From the NCBI RefSeq assembly GCF_003018115.1, contig NZ_CP027457.1: a stretch of DNA of 64,000 nucleotides. The stretch is one strand, 5' to 3'. Source of the DNA: Escherichia coli (GTDB lineage: Bacteria > Pseudomonadota > Gammaproteobacteria > Enterobacterales > Enterobacteriaceae). Below the pieces are notes generated by a model. The model was not told the origin of the DNA. It worked only from the letters and a program-made list of their open reading frames with translations, and ran no database searches. Positions 10,721 through 20,976 of the stretch are shown piece after piece; within the stretch, counting starts at the first letter, position 1, and each line of letters starts with the position of its first letter. The position numbers were made by a program, and so were the translations under genes.

Positions 10721-13700
10721 TTAATCGGTGTTGCTTTTTTCCGCTTTTCCGGCCATTTGTGCCAGGAAGTCATAGCGTTTTTGCAAATCAGCTGCAGCAT
10801 CTTTCCATAACTGTTCTGCCACTTCTGGCTGCTGTGAATTCAGACGACGGAAACGTTGCTCATGAAGTAACGTTTCTTCCAGTGCTTCTGACGGCGGGCG
10901 TGAATCCAAGGCCAGCGGCAGTTTGCCTTCATCGGCACGACGCGGATCAAAGCGATATAGCGGCCAGAAGCCGGTAGCTGTGAGTTGGCGCATCTGGTCG
11001 TGGCTGAGTGCCAGATCGTAACCATGCTCTTCACATGGGCTATAAGCGATGATCAGCGATGGCCCCGGATACGCTTCCGCTTCCTGAATCGCTTTCACCG
11101 TCTGGTTGAGCTGCGCGCCGAGAGAAATCTGCGCCACATAAACATGACCGTACATCATCATACTGACGCCAAGATCTTTACGCGCTTTACGTTTGCCGTG
11201 CTCGCCAAATTTAGTTACTGCACCCAGCGGTGTCGCTTTCGACGCCTGGCCACCGGTGTTGGAATAGCATTGCGTATCCAGCACCAGAATGTTGACGTTT
11301 TCCGTCAAACTCAATACATGATCCAGACCGCCAAAGCCGATATCGTAAGCCCAGCCGTCGCCACCAATCAGCCAGATTGATTTTTCTACCAGTGCATCTG
11401 CGTCACGCAGCAGTTCATGTGCTTCGGCAACATCGTTGAGTTGCTGGCGTAAAGCTGCGACCTGTTCTCGACGAACCTCTGGCGTAGCGTCTGATTTCAA
11501 CGCCGTCAGTAATTCCGCCGGGATTTTATCGGCAAATTGATCCAGCAGACGCAGCACGCGGACACGGTGTTGATCGACCGTCAGGCGGAAACCAAGGCCA
11601 AATTCGGCATTATCTTCAAACAGAGAGTTCGCCCATGCCGGCCCACGACCGTTGGCATCGGTGGTATACGGTGTAGAGGGCAGGTTACCGCCATAAATTG
11701 AAGAACAGCCGGTGGCGTTAGCGATCAACATCCGGTCGCCATAGAGCTGAGTCAGCAATTTAATATACGGCGTCTCGCCACAACCGGAGCAAGCACCTGA
11801 ATATTCAAACAGCGGTGTAATCAGCTGCGATGTACGAATATCAATACGTTCCAGTTTGCTACGGTCGATTTCTGGCAGGTTGAGGAAGAAATCGTAATTG
11901 ATTTTCTCTTCTTCGACATGTTCCAGGCGAGACATCATATTGATGGCTTTAATCTCTGGATTCTGACGATCTTTCGCCGGGCAAACTTCGACGCACAGGT
12001 TACAACCGGTGCAATCTTCCGGTGCCACCTGCAAGACATATTTCTGCCCGCGCATATCACGCGATTTCACATCCAGCGAATGCAGGCTGGCAGGGGCGTT
12101 TTCCATCGCTTCAGGCGGCACCACTTTTGCGCGAATAGCTGAGTGTGGGCAAGCGGCAACGCAGTGGTTACATTGGGTACAGAGTTCCTCTTTCCAGATG
12201 GGGATCTCTTCGGCGATATTGCGTTTTTCCCAGCGCGTAGTGCCCATCGGCCAGGTGCCGTCTGGCGGCAGCGCCGAAACGGGGAGGGCATCACCAAGCC
12301 CGGCGAGCATCGCAGCGGTTACGGTTTTCACAAAATCAGGGGCGGCATCGGAAACCACTGGCGGTCGATTGGCGCTGTACGGATTAACCGGCTGCAACGG
12401 AACTTCTTCTACGGATTCACGCGCCAGCGCCAGAGCCTGCCAGTTGCGCTCCACCAGATCCTGACCTTTGCTACTGTAACTTTTGGCAATCGCACCCTGC
12501 AATTCTGCGAGGGCGCTATCGCCAGGCAGAATTTGCGTCAGATGGAAAAAAGCCATCTGCATGACGGTATTAATACGGGCCGCCAGGCCACATTCGCGGG
12601 CGATTTTCGCTGCGTTAATCACATAGAAGCGCGCTTTTTTCTGGTTTAACACGGCCTGAACTTCTTGCGGCAAGCGCGACCACACTTCATCTGCGCTGTA
12701 CGGCGTGTTGAGCAGGAAAATGCCGCCAGGTTTTAAACGCTCAGCCATCTGATATTTATCGATAAACTGCAACTGGTGGCAGCCAACAAAATCAGCCTGG
12801 GAAATGAGATAAGCGGAACGAATCGGCTGTTCGCTGACGCGAAGGTGAGAAACCGTCAGGCCGCCCGCCTTTTTGGAGTCGTAAACAAAATAGCCCTGTG
12901 CGTACCACGGCGTGGAATTACCGATAATCTTGATATTGTTTTTGGTCGCGGAAACGCTGCCATCACTACCAAGGCCATAAAACAAGGCTTCCAGTTTCGC
13001 CGAGTTTGGCAGGGTGTTTTCCGGCAACGGCAGTGACAGATTGGTCACATCATCGTAAATACCAACCGTAAAGCGCGCTTTCGGTTTAGCCGCGTTGAGC
13101 TCGGCAAATATCGCCAGTACACAGTCCGGGCCAAATTCTTTGGATGAAAGACCATAGCGCCCACCAATGACACGGGGCAGAGTTTCGCGCTCGCCATTAT
13201 TAAAGGCTTCTGCCAGTGCGGTCATTACATCCAGATAGAGCGGTTCTGCCTGGGCACCGGGTTCTTTGGTTCTGTCCAGTACCGCCACGCTGCGTACGGA
13301 TCCCGGCAGAGCTTGCAGCAAGTGTTTGGCGGAGAAGGGACGGTACAGGCGAACTTTCAGCACGCCAACTTTTTCGCCACGGGTTAGCAATTCATCAACC
13401 ACTTCTTCACAGGTGCCAATGGCAGAGCCCATCAGGATAATCACCCGTTCCGCTTGCGGATGCCCGTAATACTCAAACGGCTGATACTGACGACCTGTCG
13501 CGGCAGCGAAATCATTCATCGCCTGTTCAACATGGTCATAGACCGCGTTGTACCATGAGTTGGTGGCTTCGCGAGACTGGAAATAAGTGTCAGGATTGGC
13601 GGACGTACCGCGGATCACCGGATGTTCCGGGTTGAGCGCCCGGGCGCGATGAGCATCAATTTCGGCCTGCGGCATGAGATCAAGAATAGTGTCATCGGCC

Positions 13701-14245
13701 AGCGGGACAATTTTGTTGATTTCGTGGGACGTACGGAAACCATCAAAGAAATGAATAAATGGCACGCGGCTTTTCAGCGTCGCGATGTGCGAAATGAGAG
13801 CAAAGTCTTGCGCTTCCTGGACGTTTGCCGCACACAACATCGCGCAACCCGTCTGGCGCACCGCCATGACGTCGGAATGATCGCCAAAAATAGAGAGTGC
13901 ATGTGTGGCAACGGTACGTGCCGCTACATGCAGGACAAACGGTGTGAGTTCGCCTGCCAGTTTGTACAGCGTCGGGATCATCAGCAGCAAACCCTGCGAT
14001 GACGTAAACGATGTTGAAAGGGCACCCGTCTGCAAAGCGCCATGCACGGTAGCGATAGCACCCGCTTCCGACTGCATTTCAACCACGCGTGGTGTGTCTC
14101 CCCAAACGTTCTTCAAGCCGTTTCCGGCCCAGGCATCAGCCTGTTCTGCCATCGTGGAACTAGGGGTAATAGGGTAGATGGCGATAACTTCACTGGTGCG
14201 AAACGCCACCGAAGCAACCGCGCCATTACCGTCAATAGTAATCAT
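10721..14245 (-). CDS. ydbK: Pyruvate:flavodoxin oxidoreductase (PFOR)
   Basis: 1174-aa ORF; two 4Fe-4S ferredoxin motifs (CTQCNHCVAACP, CTGCNLCVEVCP) and TPP-binding C-terminal domain. Confidence 0.9.
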   Translation of the reverse strand: MITIDGNGAVASVAFRTSEVIAIYPITPSSTMAEQADAWAGNGLKNVWGDTPRVVEMQSEAGAIATVHGALQTGALSTSFTSSQGLLLMIPTLYKLAGELTPFVLHVAARTVATHALSIFGDHSDVMAVRQTGCAMLCAANVQEAQDFALISHIATLKSRVPFIHFFDGFRTSHEINKIVPLADDTILDLMPQAEIDAHRARALNPEHPVIRGTSANPDTYFQSREATNSWYNAVYDHVEQAMNDFAAATGRQYQPFEYYGHPQAERVIILMGSAIGTCEEVVDELLTRGEKVGVLKVRLYRPFSAKHLLQALPGSVRSVAVLDRTKEPGAQAEPLYLDVMTALAEAFNNGERETLPRVIGGRYGLSSKEFGPDCVLAIFAELNAAKPKARFTVGIYDDVTNLSLPLPENTLPNSAKLEALFYGLGSDGSVSATKNNIKIIGNSTPWYAQGYFVYDSKKAGGLTVSHLRVSEQPIRSAYLISQADFVGCHQLQFIDKYQMAERLKPGGIFLLNTPYSADEVWSRLPQEVQAVLNQKKARFYVINAAKIARECGLAARINTVMQMAFFHLTQILPGDSALAELQGAIAKSYSSKGQDLVERNWQALALARESVEEVPLQPVNPYSANRPPVVSDAAPDFVKTVTAAMLAGLGDALPVSALPPDGTWPMGTTRWEKRNIAEEIPIWKEELCTQCNHCVAACPHSAIRAKVVPPEAMENAPASLHSLDVKSRDMRGQKYVLQVAPEDCTGCNLCVEVCPAKDRQNPEIKAINMMSRLEHVEEEKINYDFFLNLPEIDRSKLERIDIRTSQLITPLFEYSGACSGCGETPYIKLLTQLYGDRMLIANATGCSSIYGGNLPSTPYTTDANGRGPAWANSLFEDNAEFGLGFRLTVDQHRVRVLRLLDQFADKIPAELLTALKSDATPEVRREQVAALRQQLNDVAEAHELLRDADALVEKSIWLIGGDGWAYDIGFGGLDHVLSLTENVNILVLDTQCYSNTGGQASKATPLGAVTKFGEHGKRKARKDLGVSMMMYGHVYVAQISLGAQLNQTVKAIQEAEAYPGPSLIIAYSPCEEHGYDLALSHDQMRQLTATGFWPLYRFDPRRADEGKLPLALDSRPPSEALEETLLHEQRFRRLNSQQPEVAEQLWKDAAADLQKRYDFLAQMAGKAEKSNTD

Positions 14246-14518
14246 ATGACACCCTTACATTGCGCAAATGAGGGGCGCACGAAATTGCTGCGCGCCCAGT
14301 AGTAATCCTTCAATTTTAGCAAATGGCTTTCTTCTGCATTTTCGCTTTTGTGTCCCCCACATCAGAGTAATGAATGTTTTGATCAAACAGAGGGCAAAAA
14401 AATAGCCATAAAAAAGTAAAAATGCGGGGCAACGCGCAGGACAGCTCTCGACGCCGCCCTCTGTGCTGCCTATTATTTATGGCGGTGTCGTTTGGCTTGA
14501 AGATTAGAGGAAGAAAAG

Positions 14519-14785
14519 ATGCGAGCAGCGTTTTGGGTAGGGTGTGCCGCTTTATTGTTGTCGGCGTGTAGTAGTGAGCCTGTTCAGCAGGCGACTGCGG
14601 CGCACGTAGCGCCAGGTTTAAAAGCGTCGATGTCCAGTAGTGGAGAAGCAAATTGTGCAATGATCGGCGGTTCGCTTTCTGTTGCCCGTCAACTGGATGG
14701 TACGGCGATTGGGATGTGTGCATTACCCAACGGCAAACGCTGTAGCGAACAGTCACTTGCCGCCGGGAGCTGTGGCAGCTATTAA
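14519..14785 (+). CDS. ydbJ: DUF333 lipoprotein YdbJ
   Basis: 88-aa ORF with lipobox LLSAC after signal peptide. Confidence 0.85.
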   Translation: MRAAFWVGCAALLLSACSSEPVQQATAAHVAPGLKASMSSSGEANCAMIGGSLSVARQLDGTAIGMCALPNGKRCSEQSLAAGSCGSY

Positions 14786-15204
14786 TTCATTAAATCCGCC
14801 AGCTTATAAGTTAATGTCTGTTTCGCGGTCGCCAGCGTTAACTGGTTCGCGGTCAGATCCACTTGTGCACCTTCTTTCAGCATTTCGCTAATGGTGTTAT
14901 CGAGTTCATTAAGCTGCGGGTTAGCGCACATCATACGGGTCATTGCCAGCCCTTTGGCTGTCAGTTCACCATTAGACAGTTTGCCTTCACCGCTAAAGCG
15001 GTTACACATGCTGCCGGAAATCATCATTTTTTCACCAAAGCTGATTTCTGGCGGATTTTTATCGCCGGTCACGGGCTTACCGTTTACGCTTTCCAGCACA
15101 AAGCGATGATGCTGTAGCTGTTCTGGCGTAACAGCAATTTTGTCGTTACTTACACATCCCGCCATCAGCAGGCTTAGCGCAACAAACGCGGCTACTTTCT
15201 TCAT
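14782..15204 (-). CDS. hslJ: Heat-shock lipoprotein HslJ
   Basis: 140-aa form starting MKKVAAFVALSLLMAGC (lipobox); the track ORF has a 4-codon upstream extension. Confidence 0.85.
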   Translation of the reverse strand: MKKVAAFVALSLLMAGCVSNDKIAVTPEQLQHHRFVLESVNGKPVTGDKNPPEISFGEKMMISGSMCNRFSGEGKLSNGELTAKGLAMTRMMCANPQLNELDNTISEMLKEGAQVDLTANQLTLATAKQTLTYKLADLMN

Positions 15205-15314
15205 TGTGGTTCTCAATTACAGTTTCTGACTCAGGACTATTTTAAGAATAGAGAATGAAAGGTCATTGGGGATTATCTGAATCAGCTCCCCTGGATTGCA
15301 GGGGAGCGGCAAGA

Positions 15315-16304
15315 TTAAACCAGTTCGTTCGGGCAGGTTTCACCTTTTTCCAGATTGCTTAAGTTTTGCAGCGTAGTCTGAGAAATACTGGTCAGAGCTT
15401 CTGCTGTCAGGAATGCCTGGTGTCCGGTAAACAGCACGTTGTGGCAGGCAGACAGGCGACGGAATACGTCATCCTGGATCACGTCGTTGGATTTATCTTC
15501 AAAGAACAGATCGCGTTCGTTCTCATACACGTCCATACCCAACGAACCAATTTTCTGATTTTTCAGCGCTTCAATTGCTGCCTGAGAATCAATCAATGCA
15601 CCGCGACTGGTATTGACGATCATCACGCCATTTTTCATCTGATCGAAGGCGGCTTCGTTCAACAGATGGTAGTTTTCCGGTGTCAGCGGGCAGTGCAGAG
15701 AGATAACGTCTGATTCAGAGAACAGGGTTGGCAGATCGACATACTCCACACCGAGTTCCAGCGCCGCTGCACTTGGATACGGATCGAACGCCAGCAGACG
15801 CATACCAAAACCTTTCAGAATGCGCAGCATCGCCACACCGATTTTACCGGTACCGATAACGCCTGCCGTTTTGCCATACATAGTAAAGCCGGTCAGACCT
15901 TCCAGAGAGAAGTTAGCGTCACGGGTACGCTGATACGCGCGGTGAATACGGCGGTTCAGCGTCATCATCATACCGATGGCGTGTTCAGCAACGGCCTCTG
16001 GATCATAGGCTGGAACACGGACTACTTTCAGCCCCAGTTCTTTTGCCGCGTCAAGGTCGACGTTATTGAAACCGGCACAGCGCAGGGCGATATATTTAAC
16101 GCCGTGCTTTTTCAGCTCTTCCAGCACCGGGCGGCTGCCGTCATCGTTTACGAAAATACATACCGCTTCGCAGCCATTGGCAGTTTTAGCGGTTTTTTCC
16201 GTCAGCAGAAAGTCAAAAAATTCCAGCTCAAAGCCAAAGGACTCGTTCACCTGTTGCAGGTACTTCTTGTCGTACTGTTTTGTGCTATAAACGGCGAGTT
16301 TCAT
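15315..16304 (-). CDS. ldhA: Fermentative D-lactate dehydrogenase
   Basis: 329-aa ORF MKLAVYSTKQYDKKYLQQVNESFGFELEFFD...; D-isomer 2-hydroxyacid dehydrogenase NAD-binding GxGxxG (GVIGTGKIG). Confidence 0.9.
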   Translation of the reverse strand: MKLAVYSTKQYDKKYLQQVNESFGFELEFFDFLLTEKTAKTANGCEAVCIFVNDDGSRPVLEELKKHGVKYIALRCAGFNNVDLDAAKELGLKVVRVPAYDPEAVAEHAIGMMMTLNRRIHRAYQRTRDANFSLEGLTGFTMYGKTAGVIGTGKIGVAMLRILKGFGMRLLAFDPYPSAAALELGVEYVDLPTLFSESDVISLHCPLTPENYHLLNEAAFDQMKNGVMIVNTSRGALIDSQAAIEALKNQKIGSLGMDVYENERDLFFEDKSNDVIQDDVFRRLSACHNVLFTGHQAFLTAEALTSISQTTLQNLSNLEKGETCPNELV

Positions 16305-16511
16305 AAGACTTTCTCCAGTGATGTTGAATCACATTTAAGCTACTAAAAATATTTTACAAAATTTCAAATTTAATTGAAAGCTATGGCGATATTGAAAAAT
16401 TCATCAACAACTATGCTTAGTGTAGGCGCAACCTTCAACTGAACGGTTAAACATGCCACAATACCCGTATTGAATGCTTAATTTTTCGCTAAATCAGGAT
16501 ATTAACTACCC

Positions 16512-19151
16512 ATGCTGGGTAAATATAAAGCCGTTCTCGCGCTGTTATTACTGATTATTCTTGTGCCGTTGACGCTGCTGATGACGCTCGGGCTGTGGGT
16601 TCCCACGCTGGCGGGCATCTGGCTACCGCTCGGGACACGTATTGCATTAGATGAAAGCCCACGCATTACGCGTAAAGGTTTAATCATTCCCGATCTCCGT
16701 TATCTGGTGGGAGATTGTCAGCTTGCGCATATCACCAACGCCAGCCTTTCACATCCCAGCCGCTGGTTATTGAACGTCGGCACGGTAGAACTTGATTCTG
16801 CTTGTCTGGCGAAATTGCCGCAGACGGAGCAATCGCCAGCTGCTCCAAAAACCCTCGCGCAGTGGCAGTCCATGCTGCCTAACACCTGGATCAATATCGA
16901 TAAACTGATTTTTTCTCCCTGGCAGGAATGGCAGGGAAAACTCTCTCTCGCATTAACCTCCGATATCCAGCAACTGCGTTATCAGGGCGAAAAAGTTAAA
17001 TTTCAAGGCCAGCTGAAAGGGCAACAACTTACAGTCAGCGAACTGGATGTCGTCGCGTTTGAAAATCAGCCGCCGGTTAAACTGGTGGGGGAATTTACTA
17101 TGCCGCTAGTGCCGGATGGACTTCCTGTAAGTGGGCATGCTACTGCGACGTTAAACTTGCCGCAGGAACCGTCACTGGTGGATGCAGAGCTGGACTGGCA
17201 GGAAAATAGCGGGCAATTGATCGTGCTGGCACGGGATAACGGCGATCCGTTGCTCGATTTGCCGTGGCAAATTACTCGTCAACAATTGACCGTAAGCGAT
17301 GGTCGCTGGAGCTGGCCGTATGCAGGTTTTCCTTTGAGTGGCCGACTGGGTGTCAAAGTCGACAACTGGCAGGCAGGGCTTGAGAACGCTCTGGTCAGCG
17401 GACGACTGAGTGTGCTGACCCAGGGGCAAGCGGGTAAGGGCAACGCGGTGCTTAATTTTGGCCCAGGAAAATTAAGCATGGATAACAGCCAGCTGCCTCT
17501 GCAGCTGACCGGTGAAGCGAAACAGGCGAACCTCATTTTATATGCCCGTTTACCTGCGCAGCTAAGTGGAAGTCTGTCTGACCCAACGCTGACCTTTGAG
17601 CCAGGCGCGTTACTTCGTTCAAAGGGAAGAGTCATCGATTCGCTGGACATCGATGAAATCCGCTGGCCTTTAGCGGGTGTAAAAGTCACCCAACGTGGTG
17701 TTGACGGACGTTTGCAGGCCATTTTGCAGGCGCATGAAAATGAACTGGGCGATTTCGTGCTGCATATGGATGGGCTGGCGAATGATTTTCTCCCTGACGC
17801 TGGCCGCTGGCAGTGGCGCTACTGGGGAAAAGGGAGTTTTACACCGATGAATGCCACCTGGGATGTCGCAGGAAAAGGTGAGTGGCATGACAGCACGATT
17901 ACGCTGACCGATCTCTCCACCGGTTTCGACCAGTTACAATACGGTACGATGACGGTAGAAAAGCCGCGATTAATTCTCGACAAGCCCGTCGTCTGGGTAC
18001 GTGACGCACAGCATCCCTCCTTCAGCGGCGCGCTGTCACTGGACGCCGGGCAAACGCTGTTCACTGGCGGCAGTGTGTTACCGCCATCAACCTTAAAATT
18101 TAGCGTCGATGGGCGCGATCCGACGTATTTCCTCTTTAAAGGCGATTTACATGCTGGTGAGATTGGCCCGGTTCGGGTAAATGGTCGCTGGGACGGTATT
18201 CGTCTGCGCGGTAATGCCTGGTGGCCTAAACAATCACTGACTGTATTCCAGCCGCTGGTGCCACCCGACTGGAAGATGAACTTACGCGATGGTGAACTGT
18301 ATGCTCAGGTTGCATTTTCTGCTGCGCCTGAACAAGGATTCCGCGCGGGAGGGCACGGCGTGTTGAAAGGCGGTAGTGCCTGGATGCCAGATAATCAGGT
18401 GAACGGTGTCGATTTTGTCCTGCCTTTCCGTTTTGCCGATGGAGCCTGGCATCTGGGGACTCGCGGCCCCGTTACGTTGCGAATTGCCGAAGTGATTAAT
18501 CTGGTGACAGCGAAAAATATTACGGCTGATTTGCAAGGGCGTTATCCGTGGACTGAAGAAGAACCCTTGCTGTTGACTGATGTTAGCGTCGATGTGTTAG
18601 GCGGTAACGTGCTGATGAAACAATTACGTATGCCGCAACATGACCCGGCGCTGTTGCGGCTGAATAATCTCTCATCCAGCGAACTGGTTAGCGCCGTCAA
18701 TCCGAAACAATTCGCCATGTCCGGGGCATTTAGTGGTGCATTGCCGTTATGGCTAAACAACGAAAAATGGATAGTGAAAGATGGTTGGCTGGCAAATAGC
18801 GGGCCAATGACCTTGCGGCTGGATAAAGACACCGCAGATGCGGTGGTGAAAGACAATATGACTGCGGGTTCAGCAATTAACTGGTTGCGCTATATGGAAA
18901 TTAGCCGTTCATCGACAAATATTAATTTAGATAATCTCGGTTTATTAACCATGCAGGCCAACATTACAGGTACCAGTCGCGTTGATGGTAAAAGCGGTAC
19001 GGTAAACCTTAATTACCATCATGAAGAGAATATTTTTACGCTGTGGCGCAGTTTACGCTTTGGCGATAATCTCCAGGCATGGTTGGAGCAGAACGCACGT
19101 CTGCCGGGAAATGACTGTCCGCAAGGAAAAGAGTGTGAGGAAAAACAATGA
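16512..19151 (+). CDS. ydbH: AsmA-like inner-membrane-anchored periplasmic protein YdbH
   Basis: 879-aa ORF with N-terminal TM anchor MLGKYKAVLALLLLIILVPLTLLMTL and long beta-rich body. Confidence 0.9.
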   Translation: MLGKYKAVLALLLLIILVPLTLLMTLGLWVPTLAGIWLPLGTRIALDESPRITRKGLIIPDLRYLVGDCQLAHITNASLSHPSRWLLNVGTVELDSACLAKLPQTEQSPAAPKTLAQWQSMLPNTWINIDKLIFSPWQEWQGKLSLALTSDIQQLRYQGEKVKFQGQLKGQQLTVSELDVVAFENQPPVKLVGEFTMPLVPDGLPVSGHATATLNLPQEPSLVDAELDWQENSGQLIVLARDNGDPLLDLPWQITRQQLTVSDGRWSWPYAGFPLSGRLGVKVDNWQAGLENALVSGRLSVLTQGQAGKGNAVLNFGPGKLSMDNSQLPLQLTGEAKQANLILYARLPAQLSGSLSDPTLTFEPGALLRSKGRVIDSLDIDEIRWPLAGVKVTQRGVDGRLQAILQAHENELGDFVLHMDGLANDFLPDAGRWQWRYWGKGSFTPMNATWDVAGKGEWHDSTITLTDLSTGFDQLQYGTMTVEKPRLILDKPVVWVRDAQHPSFSGALSLDAGQTLFTGGSVLPPSTLKFSVDGRDPTYFLFKGDLHAGEIGPVRVNGRWDGIRLRGNAWWPKQSLTVFQPLVPPDWKMNLRDGELYAQVAFSAAPEQGFRAGGHGVLKGGSAWMPDNQVNGVDFVLPFRFADGAWHLGTRGPVTLRIAEVINLVTAKNITADLQGRYPWTEEEPLLLTDVSVDVLGGNVLMKQLRMPQHDPALLRLNNLSSSELVSAVNPKQFAMSGAFSGALPLWLNNEKWIVKDGWLANSGPMTLRLDKDTADAVVKDNMTAGSAINWLRYMEISRSSTNINLDNLGLLTMQANITGTSRVDGKSGTVNLNYHHEENIFTLWRSLRFGDNLQAWLEQNARLPGNDCPQGKECEEKQ

Positions 19152-19333
19152 AAATTTTACTGGCTGCGTTGACGTCATCTTTTATGCTGGTTGGCTGTAC
19201 GCCTCGCATTGAAGTCGCTGCACCTAAGGAACCGATCACTATCAATATGAACGTTAAAATTGAGCATGAGATCATCATCAAGGCAGACAAAGATGTCGAA
19301 GAGCTGCTTGAAACTCGTAGCGATCTTTTCTGA
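19148..19333 (+). CDS. ynbE: Lipoprotein YnbE
   Basis: 61-aa ORF MKILLAALTSSFMLVGC (lipobox); start overlaps the ydbH stop (ATGA). Confidence 0.85.
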   Translation: MKILLAALTSSFMLVGCTPRIEVAAPKEPITINMNVKIEHEIIIKADKDVEELLETRSDLF

Positions 19334-19340
19334 GGCGATG

Positions 19341-19667
19341 ATGAAGAAAACATTACTTCTTTGTGCGTTTCTTGTTGGGCTGGTAAGCAGCAATGTAATG
19401 GCATTGACTCTGGATGAAGCCAGAACTCAGGGGCGGGTCGGGGAAACATTTTATGGTTATCTGGTTGCGCTGAAAACGGATGCTGAAACAGAGAAATTAG
19501 TAACCGACATTAATGCCGAACGTAAAGCGAGTTACCAACAACTGGCAAAGCAAAATAATGTGTCGGTAGATGATATCGCGAAACTCGCCGGGCAAAAGCT
19601 CGTAGCTCGGGCTAAACCGGGGGAATATGTACAAGGGATAAACGGTAAATGGGTGCGAAAATTTTAA
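19341..19667 (+). CDS. ydbL: Periplasmic DUF1318 protein YdbL
   Basis: 108-aa form MKKTLLLCAFLVGLVSSNVMA (signal peptide), SD GAGG upstream; track ORF has an unlikely upstream extension overlapping ynbE. Confidence 0.8.
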   Translation: MKKTLLLCAFLVGLVSSNVMALTLDEARTQGRVGETFYGYLVALKTDAETEKLVTDINAERKASYQQLAKQNNVSVDDIAKLAGQKLVARAKPGEYVQGINGKWVRKF

Positions 19668-19801
19668 TAGCAAAACCGCACTATCGGGATAACGCTACAG
19701 GAGAAAGCGATTGATCTATTTTCCTGAAACAAGGTGAATATTCAAAAACTCCTGTCAAATTGCCTTTTGCCCTGAAAAATGCATAGTCAAATATCTGTTT
19801 T

Positions 19802-19840
19802 AACTAATTGGCGTTGCAGTACATGCAACGCCAATTAGTT
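19802..19840. terminator. Long perfect palindrome between convergent ydbL and feaR (bidirectional terminator candidate)
   Basis: AACTAATTGGCGTTGC-AGTACAT-GCAACGCCAATTAGTT, 16-nt perfect arms. Confidence 0.6.
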
Positions 19841-20744
19841 AGCGGAATTTACGGCGATACTCGCCAGGCGTCATCCCAAAGCGTTGCTTAAATACCGTTG
19901 AAAAATGACTCTGGTCGGAAAATCCCCAATGAAAGCCAATGCCTGCCAGTTTTTCATCATCTGCGGCATGGCGAATCGCATCTGCACAAAAATCGAGACG
20001 ACGGTTACGAATATATTGCGCGACTACCAAACCTTTATCGGCAAACATTCGGTACAAACTACGTACTGACATACCTGTCTCTCCGGCTATCCACTCCGGG
20101 CGTAATATCTCTTCGCGAATATTATCGTCTATCAACGTAACCACTTTTTGAAACTGACGTTCACGGCGAGGTTGGACAGATTCCCGCTGATGAAGTACTG
20201 GGCGAAGCAGACACACCATCGCCTGTAGCGCAGCTTCACTTTCTGTTTCAGAAAGTGCCGGATTATTCATGCTCTCCTGTAACAGGCGATGACTGAGTTG
20301 CACCATGGGTAAGTCAGCGTCCAGTCTTTCTGCGCAGACAGGTTTTTGATGGGGAAAATATTGTTCCAGCAGAGTGCGTGGCAAAAGTAATGAAATCTGT
20401 TTAGAAGACTCCTGCCAGTAAAGCGAACAGGGGCGTGAGGCATCGAGTAACGTAATATCGCCTGCGCTAATCTGCACCTGACGCTCATCCTGCTCCATTA
20501 TCGCCTGACCACTAAGCTGAAAAACGGTGTAAAACCAGGCATCGTCACTGCCTTTTACCTCCTGCCAGGTGCGGTATAAATTCACTCCGTTGGTTGTCAC
20601 GGTGCTCAGCTTTAGTCCTTTGGCAAAATGCGTGTCCAGTACACCCGTGTAACGCTCAGTCAGCAGGCGTCCGGTAAAATTTCCGCATACCTGATTGATT
20701 TGGGAAAGCCATTGCTGAAACTCATTATCCACTGCGGGGTTCAT
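19839..20744 (-). CDS. feaR: AraC-family activator FeaR of the tynA/feaB genes
   Basis: 301-aa ORF with C-terminal AraC-type HTH (...GFHWGFSDQSHFSTVFKQRFGMTPGEYRRKF). Confidence 0.9.
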   Translation of the reverse strand: MNPAVDNEFQQWLSQINQVCGNFTGRLLTERYTGVLDTHFAKGLKLSTVTTNGVNLYRTWQEVKGSDDAWFYTVFQLSGQAIMEQDERQVQISAGDITLLDASRPCSLYWQESSKQISLLLPRTLLEQYFPHQKPVCAERLDADLPMVQLSHRLLQESMNNPALSETESEAALQAMVCLLRPVLHQRESVQPRRERQFQKVVTLIDDNIREEILRPEWIAGETGMSVRSLYRMFADKGLVVAQYIRNRRLDFCADAIRHAADDEKLAGIGFHWGFSDQSHFSTVFKQRFGMTPGEYRRKFR

Positions 20745-20976
20745 GGCACGTTTTCGCTCTGTGAAATATATTTTTATTGTTGCATTTGTGTTGCAATAAA
20801 CGAAGCTAATGAGCCTGACTATAGGAAATAAGTCTTGTCAGGCATAGAGACATAAGCGGTTATTGTCACGATTTGCGGAGCTTGTCACAGCTGACAAAGC
20901 GAATGTCACAGCGAAAAAAGTGACTTTTCTTGTCGCTGCGTACACTGAAATCACACTGGGTAAATGATAAGGAAAA

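Noticed and set aside
12009-12649. Several 150-170-aa plus-strand ORFs inside the pfo (ydbK) gene
   Set aside because: All are antisense to the 1174-aa PFOR reading frame, which carries ferredoxin and TPP motifs.
14316-14756. 146-aa minus-strand ORF overlapping ydbJ
   Set aside because: Antisense to the recognisable lipoprotein gene ydbJ and its promoter region; no independent support.
15283-15308. Hairpin GCTCCCCTG-GATT-GCAGGGGAGC between hslJ and ldhA as a terminator
   Set aside because: No U-run on either strand in the relevant orientation; more likely part of the hslJ promoter/leader or a weak structural element; insufficient evidence.
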